From positions 126,666-190,665 of the forward strand of contig JBMOMC010000006.1 of the NCBI GenBank assembly GCA_049325335.1: a DNA stretch of 64,000 bases, in the 5' to 3' direction. Both the position numbers and the translations under genes were made by a program. Positions within the stretch are counted from its first letter, which is position 1; each line of letters starts with the position of its first letter. The notes beneath the pieces were generated by a model. It was not told where the DNA came from. It worked only from the letters and a program-made list of their open reading frames with translations, and searched no databases. Below, piece by piece: positions 41,952 through 51,565 of this stretch. The stretch comes from Nitrospirota bacterium (lineage in GTDB: Bacteria; Nitrospirota; Nitrospiria; 2-01-FULL-66-17).

Positions 41952-42331
41952 AGGTCACCTCCTGGAGAATGTGTACGCCGTGAGCGCGCTCACAGCGCGA
42001 GTGCAATGTAAGGGTCGTGGCGTCAACCGTCGATTGGTCGTTGTCCCACGCATACAGGGGAGTCGCGAGCAAGCGTGGGGCACTTCAGGTAAATGGGATG
42101 TCATTCTGACGCAGTTGGCCGGTTTGCGTCAAGCCAATTGTTGCGTGTCACGTCGGCCGAATCGGAGTAACGGATTGCGGGAAGACACGTAACCCCGGTC
42201 TACTTCAATTGAGTGATCGTCTTTGGGTACAATGGGGACCGGTTCACACGTTTGGGGAATACCGCTGCCGAGCCTTGACCGGCATAATGCATCTCACGGG
42301 ACCCGCGTCCAGTTTCGGAAGAAGAATTAGG

Positions 42332-42931
42332 ATGGTCACGAACCGAACCAAGGCGGTTGCGCGGACCGGCGACGCGCTGATCGTGGTGGACGTACAGAAC
42401 GATTTTTTGCCGGGCGGCGCGCTCGCGGTGCCGAAGGGTGACGCGGTGGCGCCCGCCCTGAACCGGTACCTCGCGGCATGGCGCGCTCGCGGGGCGCCGG
42501 TGTTTGCCACCCGCGATTGGCACCCCGCCGACCACTGCTCGTTTCAGGAGCGCGGGGGGCCGTGGCCCGTACACTGCGTGGCCGGGACACGGGGCGCGGA
42601 GTTCGCGCCGGGCCTCGACTTGTCCAACGACGCGGTCGTGGCGTCGAAGGGCGACTCGCGGGATCGCGACGCGTATTCGGGATTCGACGGCACGGATTTG
42701 CACGAGCGGCTGCAGCGCGCCGGAATCCGGCGCGTGTTCGTGGGCGGGTTGGCCACGGACTACTGCGTGCTCGCCACGGTGAACGACGCGGTCCGGTTGG
42801 GGTATGCGGTGTACGTGTTGGTCGACGCGATTGCGGCCGTGAACGCGAATCCCGGCGACGGACAACGGGCTGAAGCGGAGATGGCGCGGGCGGGCGCGGC
42901 GACCGTCCGGTACGAGCAACTCGCGTCATGA
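42332..42931 (+). CDS. pncA: Nicotinamidase
   Basis: VDVQNDF, TRDWH, WPVHCV, YSGF and ATDYCV. Confidence 0.93.
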   Translation: MVTNRTKAVARTGDALIVVDVQNDFLPGGALAVPKGDAVAPALNRYLAAWRARGAPVFATRDWHPADHCSFQERGGPWPVHCVAGTRGAEFAPGLDLSNDAVVASKGDSRDRDAYSGFDGTDLHERLQRAGIRRVFVGGLATDYCVLATVNDAVRLGYAVYVLVDAIAAVNANPGDGQRAEAEMARAGAATVRYEQLAS

Positions 42932-44286
42932 CTCCGAGGCCCAGCGTCCTCCTCACCGATCTGTACCAGTTGTCCATGCTCGACGTGTATCGGCGTTGCG
43001 GCATGGCACAGACCGCGGTGTTCGAATTTTTCGTGCGCAAGCTCCCGTCCTGCCGGAGATTCCTGGTGGCCGCGGGGCTTGAACAACTGATCGAGTATCT
43101 GGAGTCGTTGCGCTTTACGCCCGAGGATGTGGAGTGGGTCCGCGCGAGCGGGCGGTTTGATCCCGGGTTCGCGGACTATCTCCGGGACGTTCGTTTTACC
43201 GGGGACGTGCACGCGATGCCCGAGGGCACGGTGTGTTTTCCCGACGAACCGCTGGTGCGCGTGACTGCGCCCATGCCGCAGGCCCAGTTGGTGGAGACGC
43301 GGTTGATCAATCTGATTCAATTCCAGACGTTGCTCGCGTCTAAAGCCGCGCGGTTCGCGCTGGTCGCGCCGGACGCGTTCTTGGTGGATTTCGGGTTGCG
43401 CCGCGCGCACGGCGCCGAGGCCGGGTTGCTGGGCGCGCGCGCGGTGTTCCTGGCGGGATTCTCCGGCACCGCCACGGTATCGGCCGACGCCGCGTTTGGC
43501 GTGCCCGTGTATGGCACCATGGCGCACTCCTTCATTCAGGCGCACGACGACGAGGCCCAGGCGTTCGCGAACTTTTCGCGGTATCAGTCCCGCAACGTGG
43601 TGTTGTTGCTGGACACGTACGATACCGAGGCCGCGGCACGCAAGGTCGTCGCGCTCGCGCCCACGCTCACGCGCGAAGGCATCACGATCAAGGGCGTCCG
43701 GTTGGACAGCGGCGATCTGGGCGATCATGCGCGTAAGGTCCGCGCGATTCTGGACGCGGGCGGGTTGACGAACGCGACCATCTTCGCGAGCGGCAATCTC
43801 GACGAATACGCGGTGCGGGACCTGGTGACGAGCGGCGCGCCAATCAACGGGTTCGGCGTGGGTTCGCGGCTGATGACGTCATCGGACGCGCCGTACCTGG
43901 ATTGCGCGTACAAACTGCAGGAATACGCGCGGCGCGCGCGGCGCAAACGGTCCGAGGGCAAGGCCACGTGGCCCGGTCGTAAACAGGTCTACCGCCGGTA
44001 CGACCTGGACGGGCGGATGATCGAAGATCTGGTGACGCTGGACGGCGATCTGCAGGACGGCGAGCCGTTGCTCGCGCCCGTGATGCGCGGCGGCAAACGC
44101 CTGTCGCCGCCGCGTCCGCTCAGCGAGATCCGCGACTACACCCGCGAGCAGTTGGCGACATTGCCGGATGCGTTGCGGACCTTGGACGGTGACGCGAGTT
44201 ACCCGGTGCGCGTCGCGCCCGCAGTCCTCGCACTAGCCGACGCAGTTGACCGGGTCGAAGGTGTGTCCCCTCCTGCCCGCCGTTGA
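42928..44286 (+). CDS. pncB: Nicotinate phosphoribosyltransferase
   Basis: LLTDLYQLSM, DFGLRRAH, GTMAHS and VRLDSGD. Confidence 0.95.
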   Translation: MTPRPSVLLTDLYQLSMLDVYRRCGMAQTAVFEFFVRKLPSCRRFLVAAGLEQLIEYLESLRFTPEDVEWVRASGRFDPGFADYLRDVRFTGDVHAMPEGTVCFPDEPLVRVTAPMPQAQLVETRLINLIQFQTLLASKAARFALVAPDAFLVDFGLRRAHGAEAGLLGARAVFLAGFSGTATVSADAAFGVPVYGTMAHSFIQAHDDEAQAFANFSRYQSRNVVLLLDTYDTEAAARKVVALAPTLTREGITIKGVRLDSGDLGDHARKVRAILDAGGLTNATIFASGNLDEYAVRDLVTSGAPINGFGVGSRLMTSSDAPYLDCAYKLQEYARRARRKRSEGKATWPGRKQVYRRYDLDGRMIEDLVTLDGDLQDGEPLLAPVMRGGKRLSPPRPLSEIRDYTREQLATLPDALRTLDGDASYPVRVAPAVLALADAVDRVEGVSPPARR

Positions 44287-44352
44287 CGGAGGAAGGGATA
44301 GGGATGTGGTGATCGGGCGGGGGCGCCATTCATCAACACAGGGGAGGGGACG

Positions 44353-44781
44353 ATGCGGAAGATCGGGAATTTCGCAGGGGTGGTCATGTTTGCAGTGGCG
44401 GCCGGCGTGGCGCTCATGGGGGCGCGAAGTCCCGCGGCCGGCGACGAGCCCCATCAGACCGTGGACGTGACTATCCGCGACTCCACGTTTAAGGTCGAAA
44501 CGCGGGTGCTGCGTCTGCAGGCGCCGATTCGGATCGTGTTGCGCAACACGGACGCCATCGAACACGGCTTTACCTCCCCGGGACTGGCCGACGTGGACGC
44601 GCGCGTTGAGGCCCACGGAGTCGTGACCTACGGGCGCGGCATCAAAGGCCTGTATGTGGGGCCCGGCGAGGAGGCCTCGATCATCTTCGAACCCAACCAT
44701 GCGGGCGCGCTCAAATTCAGTTGCGACCTGCATCCGCAAATGAAGGGCGAGTTGGCGGTGTTGACCATCAACGCGGCGTAG
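44353..44781 (+). CDS. Secreted cupredoxin-domain protein
   Basis: Signal peptide; type-1 Cu ligands in EHGF and FSCDLHPQM. Confidence 0.85.
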   Translation: MRKIGNFAGVVMFAVAAGVALMGARSPAAGDEPHQTVDVTIRDSTFKVETRVLRLQAPIRIVLRNTDAIEHGFTSPGLADVDARVEAHGVVTYGRGIKGLYVGPGEEASIIFEPNHAGALKFSCDLHPQMKGELAVLTINAA

Positions 44782-44855
44782 CGAGTCGCGCGAAGCGCGG
44801 CAGCGGTTGTTCCGGCCGTTGGTTGACGCGGGTGAACCCCGTAGGGCGTCGGCGA

Positions 44856-45305
44856 TTAGGGTGTTTCGTGAGTTGCGGCCGGTGCGGGGCGCTCCACGCC
44901 CGCGCCGTAGCGGTACACGAGATCGCCGCCGAAGTAGCCGGTCAATGCGATCAGTACTACGCCGATGACTCCGATCGCGAGGAACACGGAGTTCGGGATT
45001 GAGCGTTTTCGCTGCAACCACCGGATGACGATGAGCAGGGCGAACACGGCCAGTGCGGCGAAGGCCAGCGACTCGTGCGTTTCAATCGCGCCTTCCGGTA
45101 CGCCTCCCTCCTCCGCGGCTTCTTCCGCTAGGATTCCGGTGGCCGCGGCGACCAGCCCTCCCATGAAGCCGAAGCCCAACAACCAGGTCGCGGCCTCACG
45201 GAGTGCGTCGCGTTTCAAGACCAGTTCGAGCGCTCCAAGTACGATCGCGGTGATCAACAATGCGATCGGAAAATGTACGATGATCGGGTGCAAGGGGTGC
45301 GTCAT
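44856..45305 (-). CDS. DUF2231 membrane protein
   Basis: HPIIVHFPIAL, AAATG, H and TGYFGGDLVY..G.GV. Confidence 0.85.
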   Translation of the reverse strand: MTHPLHPIIVHFPIALLITAIVLGALELVLKRDALREAATWLLGFGFMGGLVAAATGILAEEAAEEGGVPEGAIETHESLAFAALAVFALLIVIRWLQRKRSIPNSVFLAIGVIGVVLIALTGYFGGDLVYRYGAGVERPAPAATHETP

Positions 45306-45318
45306 AAGCCGTCCTGTC

Positions 45319-46779
45319 TCAGTCTGAAAATCCGTATTCGCGCCACCGCCGCGTGACGCGTTCGATGATATCGGGATCCATGATAATCGGTTTGCCCCAT
45401 TCGCGCGAAGTCTCTGGCGGAATCTTGGTGGTGGCGTCGATGCCCATTTTGGATCCGAGCTCCGGGAGCGGGGACGCGAAGTCCAGGTAGTCGATCGGGG
45501 TGTGGTCGATGATCGTGACGTCGCGCCGGGGGTCTACGTTAGTGGACAGGGCCCAGATCACGTCTTCCCACTTGCGCACGTCGATAGTGGGATCCACCAC
45601 GATCACGAATTTCACATAGAGAAACTGCTTCAAGAAACCCCACAGTCCCATCATCACGCGTTTGGCGTGGCCGGGAAATTCCTTCTTCATGGCGATCACC
45701 GCGACGCGATAGGAGAGCGCCTCCATCGGCAGGTGAAAGTCCACGATCTCCGAGAACGTGGTCTTAATCATGGGCAGGAAGATACGGTTGAGCGCGAGCG
45801 CCACCACCGCGTCCTCGCGCGGCGGGCGGCCCGTGACCGTGGACATGTAGATGGGATTGCGGCGGTGCGTGATCGCCGTGATTCGCAACACGGGAAACGA
45901 CTCGATCGGGTTGTAGTACCCGGTGTGATCCCCGTGCGGCCCCTCGTCGCACATCTCGCCCGGCAAGACCTCGCCCTCGATGACGATCTCGGCCGAGGCC
46001 GGCACTTCGAGGTCGATGGTTTTGCAGCGGACCAATTCGATGTTCTTGCGCCGCAGCAGACCCGCGAAGTGGTACTCGCCGATCTGTTCGGGCACGGGCG
46101 TGACCGCCGCGATGGTCGTGCCCGGGTCGCATCCGAGCACGGCCGCCACCGGCATGGGTTTGCCCTCGGCCATCCACTCGCGGTAGTGGTGCGCGCCGCC
46201 GTGGTGCTTGAGCCACCGCATCGCGGCGCGGTCTTTGCCGAGCACCTGCATGCGGTAGATACCCGCGTTGTATTTCCCGCCGTGCGGCGACTTGGTCACC
46301 ACCAACGGCCAGTTGATCTGCGGGCCGCCGTCGTCGGGCCAGCAAAACATAATTGGCAAGAGTCCCAGATCCACCTGCTCACCGGTGAGCACCACCTCCT
46401 GGCACGCGGCCCGGCTCACGGTTTTTGGCGCCAGGTGCAGAATGCGGCCGTAGAACGGAAGGTGTTTGATCGCGTCCACGAACCCCTTGGGCGGCTCGGG
46501 GTGTTGAAGGAACGCGAGAAACTTGCCGATTTCCTCGAGTCCGGCTTCGTCCGTCTCCAAACCCATGGCCACGCGTTTGACCGTGCCGAACAGGTTGGCC
46601 AGCAGCGGAATCGACGAGCCTTTCACGCGTTCGAATAACACGGCGGGTCCGCCGGTCGCGAGCAGGCGGTTCAGAATTTCCGTGACCTCGAGGCGGGGAT
46701 CCACTTCGGCCTTGACGCGGATCAGTTCGCCGGACTTTTCCAGGGCCTCGATGAATTCGCGAAGATCGGTATAGGGCAT
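45319..46779 (-). CDS. ubiD: UbiD-family prFMN-dependent decarboxylase
   Basis: YTDLREFI, NAGIYRMQ, EGPHGDHTGYY and DYLDFASP..GSKMGIDAT. Confidence 0.95.
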   Translation of the reverse strand: MPYTDLREFIEALEKSGELIRVKAEVDPRLEVTEILNRLLATGGPAVLFERVKGSSIPLLANLFGTVKRVAMGLETDEAGLEEIGKFLAFLQHPEPPKGFVDAIKHLPFYGRILHLAPKTVSRAACQEVVLTGEQVDLGLLPIMFCWPDDGGPQINWPLVVTKSPHGGKYNAGIYRMQVLGKDRAAMRWLKHHGGAHHYREWMAEGKPMPVAAVLGCDPGTTIAAVTPVPEQIGEYHFAGLLRRKNIELVRCKTIDLEVPASAEIVIEGEVLPGEMCDEGPHGDHTGYYNPIESFPVLRITAITHRRNPIYMSTVTGRPPREDAVVALALNRIFLPMIKTTFSEIVDFHLPMEALSYRVAVIAMKKEFPGHAKRVMMGLWGFLKQFLYVKFVIVVDPTIDVRKWEDVIWALSTNVDPRRDVTIIDHTPIDYLDFASPLPELGSKMGIDATTKIPPETSREWGKPIIMDPDIIERVTRRWREYGFSD

Positions 46780-46786
46780 GGGTCGG

Positions 46787-47707
46787 TTACCGAATCGATT
46801 GATCGAGGATGATGCCGCCGAGGATCAGCAACCCGATCCACGCGTGCGATCGAAATAGCGCGAAGACGGCGGGACGGTCAGGTCCTTGTCGTAGTCGCCA
46901 CGTCTGGTAGCTGAACGTGGCGGCCACCACGGCGACGGTCGCGACATATACGGACCCAAGCGGCACGAGCGCGCCGAGCGTGCCGAGGCCGATGACGGCG
47001 AGGCCGAACAGCGCGCCGACCCCGACCCACGCGTATCGGCCGAACAGGATCGCGGAGGAGCGCACGCCGATCCGCGCATCGTCGTCGCGGTCCATCATCG
47101 CGTACATCGTGTCGTAACCCGCGGCCCAGCACACCGTGGCCAGGAAGATGGCGATCGCGGGCGCGGCGATTTCGTTTCGAACCGCGGCCCACGCGAGCAC
47201 GGCGCCCCACCCGAACGCGACGCCCATCACGGCCTGGGGCATGGCGATCACGCGCTTCATCAGCGGATACACCGCGGCGAGCGCGAACCCGACGACGCTG
47301 AGGCCAATGGCCAGCGGATTCAGCGTGAGCGCGAGCAGCAGCGCCGCCACGGACAAGACCGCGCCCACGGCCAGCGCTTCCCCGGGCGCGAGCCGTCCCG
47401 ATGCCAGCGGACGGTCCTTGGTGCGTTCCACGCGGCCGTCAAACTTCCGATCGGCCAGATCATTGAGCACGCAACCCGCGCTGCGCATTACGAACGCGCC
47501 GACCACGAACACGGCAAGCAGTTGCCACGACGGCGCGCCGTCCGACGCGATGAACAGGGACCACAGCGTCGGAGCCATGAGCAGGAGGGTGCCGTACTGT
47601 TTAGGAAAACGAATCAGATCCGAAACCGCGATCAGTTTGGCGCGGAGCGCGGTTTCAGGCCGCGCGTTCCGCTGGACCGCGTGTACACCGGCGGCGTTGG
47701 TCGCCAT
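46787..47707 (-). CDS. ubiA: 4-hydroxybenzoate polyprenyltransferase
   Basis: MRSAGCVLNDLADRKFD..RT..RPL, YPLMKR and YDTMYAMMDRDDD. Confidence 0.93.
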   Translation of the reverse strand: MATNAAGVHAVQRNARPETALRAKLIAVSDLIRFPKQYGTLLLMAPTLWSLFIASDGAPSWQLLAVFVVGAFVMRSAGCVLNDLADRKFDGRVERTKDRPLASGRLAPGEALAVGAVLSVAALLLALTLNPLAIGLSVVGFALAAVYPLMKRVIAMPQAVMGVAFGWGAVLAWAAVRNEIAAPAIAIFLATVCWAAGYDTMYAMMDRDDDARIGVRSSAILFGRYAWVGVGALFGLAVIGLGTLGALVPLGSVYVATVAVVAATFSYQTWRLRQGPDRPAVFALFRSHAWIGLLILGGIILDQSIR

Positions 47708-47708
47708 C

Positions 47709-48269
47709 TCAATCCGCCAATCGAGGGGACAGGACCTCCACGATGGAGGCCGTGAGCGTGCGTTCGACCGCGAGCCGGTAGGTCCGGCACCAGAGCGCGG
47801 CGGAGGGACCCACGCCGAACGCGGCCGCCAACTCCGGGTCGTGCACGCGGCCGATGCGGAGCCCGTCGCGCAGGACCGCGCGGTCGGCGGTGTCGAACAA
47901 TCGGCCGAGCGGTTCAACGCCGCGACGGACTTCGATCGCCACCGAGGGGTTCAGCGATTCCATCGGCAAGACCGAGACCGCGTAGAGCAGGCGCTCCCCC
48001 GCGTGCGTCAACCACGCGTGACGCGAGACCGCGGTCTGTCGCGCCGACACGCCCAACCGGCGCGCGGTGTCGGCGTCGATCGGCTCCTCGCCTTGTCGAA
48101 CCAATTCGAGGTCGACCCGCCCCCCGCGCACGGCTTCAAGCGCGGTGGTCATGGACCCGTCGCACGTCAGCAACAGGCGGAGGACGGAAGAGACTTCAAC
48201 GGGATCGACTTCGGAGAGGAATTCCTCGTATGTTTTCCAAGCGATCGATGTCGCAGCTAAGACGATCAC
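47709..48269 (-). CDS. ubiC: Chorismate pyruvate-lyase family protein (UbiC/DUF98-like)
   Basis: LLLTCDGSMTTAL, LLYAVS, PLGRLF, WCR.YRL and IVEVL; sits upstream of ubiA. Confidence 0.75.
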   Translation of the reverse strand: MIVLAATSIAWKTYEEFLSEVDPVEVSSVLRLLLTCDGSMTTALEAVRGGRVDLELVRQGEEPIDADTARRLGVSARQTAVSRHAWLTHAGERLLYAVSVLPMESLNPSVAIEVRRGVEPLGRLFDTADRAVLRDGLRIGRVHDPELAAAFGVGPSAALWCRTYRLAVERTLTASIVEVLSPRLAD

Positions 48270-48276
48270 GCGCGGG

Positions 48277-48306
48277 ATCATACGTGAGCATTTTGAGGCG
48301 TGTCAA
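48277..48306 (-). promoter_or_regulatory. Sigma70 promoter of ubiC-ubiA-ubiD
   Basis: TTGACA-N18-TATGAT. Confidence 0.7.
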
Positions 48307-48393
48307 GACGACAACATCCGGTGCTGAACCGGAACATCGCCGCTTGCGGGTCTCGCAAGATTCTGCTACACCGAGAAGGCCAAGGAGAGCGTC

Positions 48394-49884
48394 ATGAGCG
48401 AACGGATCGCCAATTTGATCAACGGTCGATGGCAACCCGCGGCGTTGGGGCGGACGCTGGAGAGTCGCAACCCGGCGGACGCGGACGAGGTCGTCGCGAT
48501 CGCGCCGACGTCGGATGCGCGGGACGTGGACGAGGCCGTGGCCGCGGCGCGGGCCGCGTTTCCCGCGTGGCGTGCGGTGCCCGCGCCCAAGCGCGGCGAG
48601 GCGTTGTTCCGCGCGGCCGAACGGCTGGCGCGGGAGAAGGAGGCTCTGGCTCGGATCGTGACGCGCGAGATGGGCAAGGTGATCGCGGAAGCGCGGGGGG
48701 ACGTGCAGGAGGCCGTGGACATGGCTTACTACATGGCGGGCGAGGGGCGGCGTCTGTCCGGCGAAACCGTGCCGTCCGAACTGCCGAATAAGGACGCCAA
48801 GTCCGTGCGGGTACCGCTCGGGGTGTGCGGGTTGATCACACCCTGGAACTTTCCGGTGGCGATCCCGTCGTGGAAAATTCTGCCCGCGCTGGTGGCGGGC
48901 AATACCGTCGTCCTGAAGCCCTCGGAGCTCACGCCGTTGTGCGCGACGCGGTTCGTGCAAATTCTTCAGGACGCAGGGCTGCCGCCGGGCGTGTTGAATC
49001 TGGTCCACGGCGACGGCGAGTCCGCGGGTGAGGCCGTGGCGGGACACCGGGACGTGAGCGTGGTCTCGTTCACCGGGTCGTCGGTCGTGGGCGAGCGGAT
49101 CGAGGCCTTGTGCGGGCGGCTGCACCGGCCAGTGTGCACCGAGACCGGGGGCAAGAATCCGTTGATCGTGATGGATGACGCGGATTTGGATCTGGCCGTG
49201 GAGGGCGCGCTCTGGGGCGGGTTCGGCACCAGTGGTCAGCGCTGCACCGCGGCCAGCCGCGTGATCGTCCACGAGTCGGTGTACGACGCGTTCGTGGCGC
49301 GCTTCGTCAACGCCGCGAAGACCTTGCGCCTCGGGTCCGGGCTCGACCCCGCGACCCACGTGGGGCCCGTGATCAGCGCCGAGCAAAAACGGACGGTGCT
49401 GGAGTACATTGAGATCGGGAAAAAGGAGGGGGCCACGCTCCTGTGCGGCGGCCACGCGCCGACCGACGGACCGCTCGCCAAGGGTCACTTCATCGTGCCC
49501 ACCATCTTCGGCGACGTCACGCCCGGGATGCGGATCGCGCAGGAGGAGATTTTCGGTCCGGTGGTGTCGGTGCTCAAGGCCCGCGATCTGAGCCAGGCCG
49601 TCGAGATCGCCAACAATGTCGCGTACGGCCTCTCCGCCGCGATCTACAGCCGCGACGTCAATAAGACGGCCGTGGCTGAACGCGATCTAGACACGGGCAT
49701 CGTGTACGTGAACGCCTCGACCATCGGCGCGGAGATCCAGCTTCCGTTCGGTGGCACCAAACGCACGGGTCTGGGGCCGCGCGAAGCCGGGGGCCGCGGG
49801 GGCGCGCTGGAGTTGTACACGAAGTGGAAAGTGATCTACCGGGACTATTCGGGCAAGCTGCAGAAGGCGCAGATCGACGCGTGA
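48394..49884 (+). CDS. Aldehyde dehydrogenase family protein
   Basis: ITPWNFP, FTGS, ETGGKNP, GQRCTA and EEIFGPV. Confidence 0.95.
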   Translation: MSERIANLINGRWQPAALGRTLESRNPADADEVVAIAPTSDARDVDEAVAAARAAFPAWRAVPAPKRGEALFRAAERLAREKEALARIVTREMGKVIAEARGDVQEAVDMAYYMAGEGRRLSGETVPSELPNKDAKSVRVPLGVCGLITPWNFPVAIPSWKILPALVAGNTVVLKPSELTPLCATRFVQILQDAGLPPGVLNLVHGDGESAGEAVAGHRDVSVVSFTGSSVVGERIEALCGRLHRPVCTETGGKNPLIVMDDADLDLAVEGALWGGFGTSGQRCTAASRVIVHESVYDAFVARFVNAAKTLRLGSGLDPATHVGPVISAEQKRTVLEYIEIGKKEGATLLCGGHAPTDGPLAKGHFIVPTIFGDVTPGMRIAQEEIFGPVVSVLKARDLSQAVEIANNVAYGLSAAIYSRDVNKTAVAERDLDTGIVYVNASTIGAEIQLPFGGTKRTGLGPREAGGRGGALELYTKWKVIYRDYSGKLQKAQIDA

Positions 49885-50034
49885 CAGGCTGCTGAAAAAG
49901 TCCATCTGCGGCGTTCTCGGTCGTTGGAAATCCTCGCGTACGACTCAGTATGCTCCGGTTTCCTCCTCCCTGCGGCCTTGCATCTGGAACTTTTTGAGCA
50001 GTCTGCTGGCATCACTGTGTTTTTCAACGTCCTG
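49885..50034 (+). repeat. Structured repeat copy D
   Basis: CAGGCTGCTGAAAAAGT-core-CTTTTTGAGCAGTCTG plus outer IR GTTTTTCAACGTCCTG; near-identical to copy C. Confidence 0.88.
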
Positions 50035-50052
50035 CTGAATCGGGCCACGGGA

Positions 50053-50232
50053 CTACAGGCGGAATCGCAGGAAACGACGGAGGAGTTGGATCACGAACGC
50101 CAAGATCGCCCACTCTCGCGCGGTGGGGAGTCGGGTGAGGCGCACGCGCAGGTTGGTGCGGCGGGCCCACCACCAGAATGCCAAACCGGCGATCAACAGC
50201 AGTACGGCGGGATGCAGGAGCAGTCGGTACAT
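50053..50232 (-). CDS. Small membrane protein (59 aa), absent from the ORF track
   Basis: MYRLLLHPAVLLLIAGLAFWWWARRTNLRVRLTRLPTAREWAILAFVIQLLRRFLRFRL*; co-directional downstream of pyrE. Confidence 0.6.
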   Translation of the reverse strand: MYRLLLHPAVLLLIAGLAFWWWARRTNLRVRLTRLPTAREWAILAFVIQLLRRFLRFRL

Positions 50233-50271
50233 GCGGTGTCCGCTCGTCCGGCGCGAGGCCGCGCGTGACGA

Positions 50272-50838
50272 CTACGCCTTAAGCAAATCCTCGACCGTGA
50301 ACAGCGATTCCACGCGATAGCCCGCGGCGATTAATCGTTCCCGGCCGCCTTCCTTGCGGTCCACCAGCGCCAGCACTTTCACAATGACGCAACCCGCTTC
50401 CTTGAGGATGGCGATGGTGCGCTCGGTGGATGACCCGCTGGTGAGCACATCGTCCACCACGACGATCTTCGAGCCGCGCGGCACGTGGCCTTCGATAAAC
50501 GCGGTGGTGCCGTGGGCCTTGGGTTCCTTGCGTACCACGAACGCGGCGATCGGCCGGTCGTATTGGTAGCCGACCACCGCGGTCGCGACTGCGATGGGGT
50601 CCGCGCCCAGCGTCATGCCGCCGATCGCGTCGACCTCGTCCTCCGTGATGGCGTCGAGCACCAGACGCGCGATCAGGAACGCGCCCTCGGGATCGAGCGT
50701 GACTTTTTTGCAGTCGATGTAGTAGCGGCTCTTGCGACCGGAGGACAGGGTGAAGGTGGGCTCGCTGTTATAAAGAAACGAGTCGCGCAGCTTCTTGAGC
50801 AGTTGGTGGCGAATCCCGAGACGCTCGTGTCGTTCCAT
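50272..50838 (-). CDS. pyrE: Orotate phosphoribosyltransferase
   Basis: FTLSSGRKSRYYID, VRKEPKAHG and VVDDVLTSG. Confidence 0.95.
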   Translation of the reverse strand: MERHERLGIRHQLLKKLRDSFLYNSEPTFTLSSGRKSRYYIDCKKVTLDPEGAFLIARLVLDAITEDEVDAIGGMTLGADPIAVATAVVGYQYDRPIAAFVVRKEPKAHGTTAFIEGHVPRGSKIVVVDDVLTSGSSTERTIAILKEAGCVIVKVLALVDRKEGGRERLIAAGYRVESLFTVEDLLKA

Positions 50839-50842
50839 GTCG

Positions 50843-51394
50843 TCAGCTTCCCAGTTGGCCCAATGCGCGCGGGTCGATGCCCTGCGCGCGCAGCAAGAGG
50901 AGAAATACCGTGGCTTGAATGAGCCAGCCCAGCACGCACACGCCCACCGCGCGCGCGGTGCTCTTGTAGTCCAATGCCTGGCGGACCGCTACCACCATCG
51001 CGGCGAGCATCCAGACCGACGCGGCCACGAACACGCCTTCGGTGAGCCCAGGGATCACGCCGAAGGCGCGGACCACGCCGGGCGACCCGGCAAACCCGAT
51101 CGTGCGCAACATCTCTCCCAGATCGGCCTTGGTGTCCGGTTCCGGAAACAATTTGGCGCCGATCAAGTACGTCAACCCGGCCCACACCAACCAGCCGGAA
51201 ATCGCGCTACCCGTGCCGATCAGCAACGAGACCGGCCCAGTTTTGAGCAACCCGCCCACGCCGGCCGCGAGGCCGGAGATCAGCACCACGGCCATGGCCT
51301 GAGCCATGGCCGTGCGGTCGGCTTCGACCTCTTCATAGAGCGCGGCGTCGAGACGCGCCGCACGCAGCATGCGAGTGATCAGGATTTGTGCCAT
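50843..51394 (-). CDS. YIP1-like membrane protein
   Basis: YEEVEAD..QAMAVV, LRTIGFA.SPG and AVRQALDY. Confidence 0.8.
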   Translation of the reverse strand: MAQILITRMLRAARLDAALYEEVEADRTAMAQAMAVVLISGLAAGVGGLLKTGPVSLLIGTGSAISGWLVWAGLTYLIGAKLFPEPDTKADLGEMLRTIGFAGSPGVVRAFGVIPGLTEGVFVAASVWMLAAMVVAVRQALDYKSTARAVGVCVLGWLIQATVFLLLLRAQGIDPRALGQLGS

Positions 51395-51565
51395 GTGGGT
51401 AGAGGTAACCGGGTCATCTTAGCAAAGGGGTCGGCGGAGTACAACAACGGCAAGTGTCGCTGAAGGGCGATGCGTTCCAGAAGAACCGTACCCGATGTCG
51501 TGTCGCCGGCGTTGACACCGTGAATCGCTCCCCGCTATCGTGCTGCAGTGTCTGATCGGAGTCGT

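Noticed and set aside
49924-50268. 114-aa ORF, and the N-terminal extension of the mgtE ORF from 28260
   Set aside because: Both start inside repeat copies and are spurious translations of the repeat.
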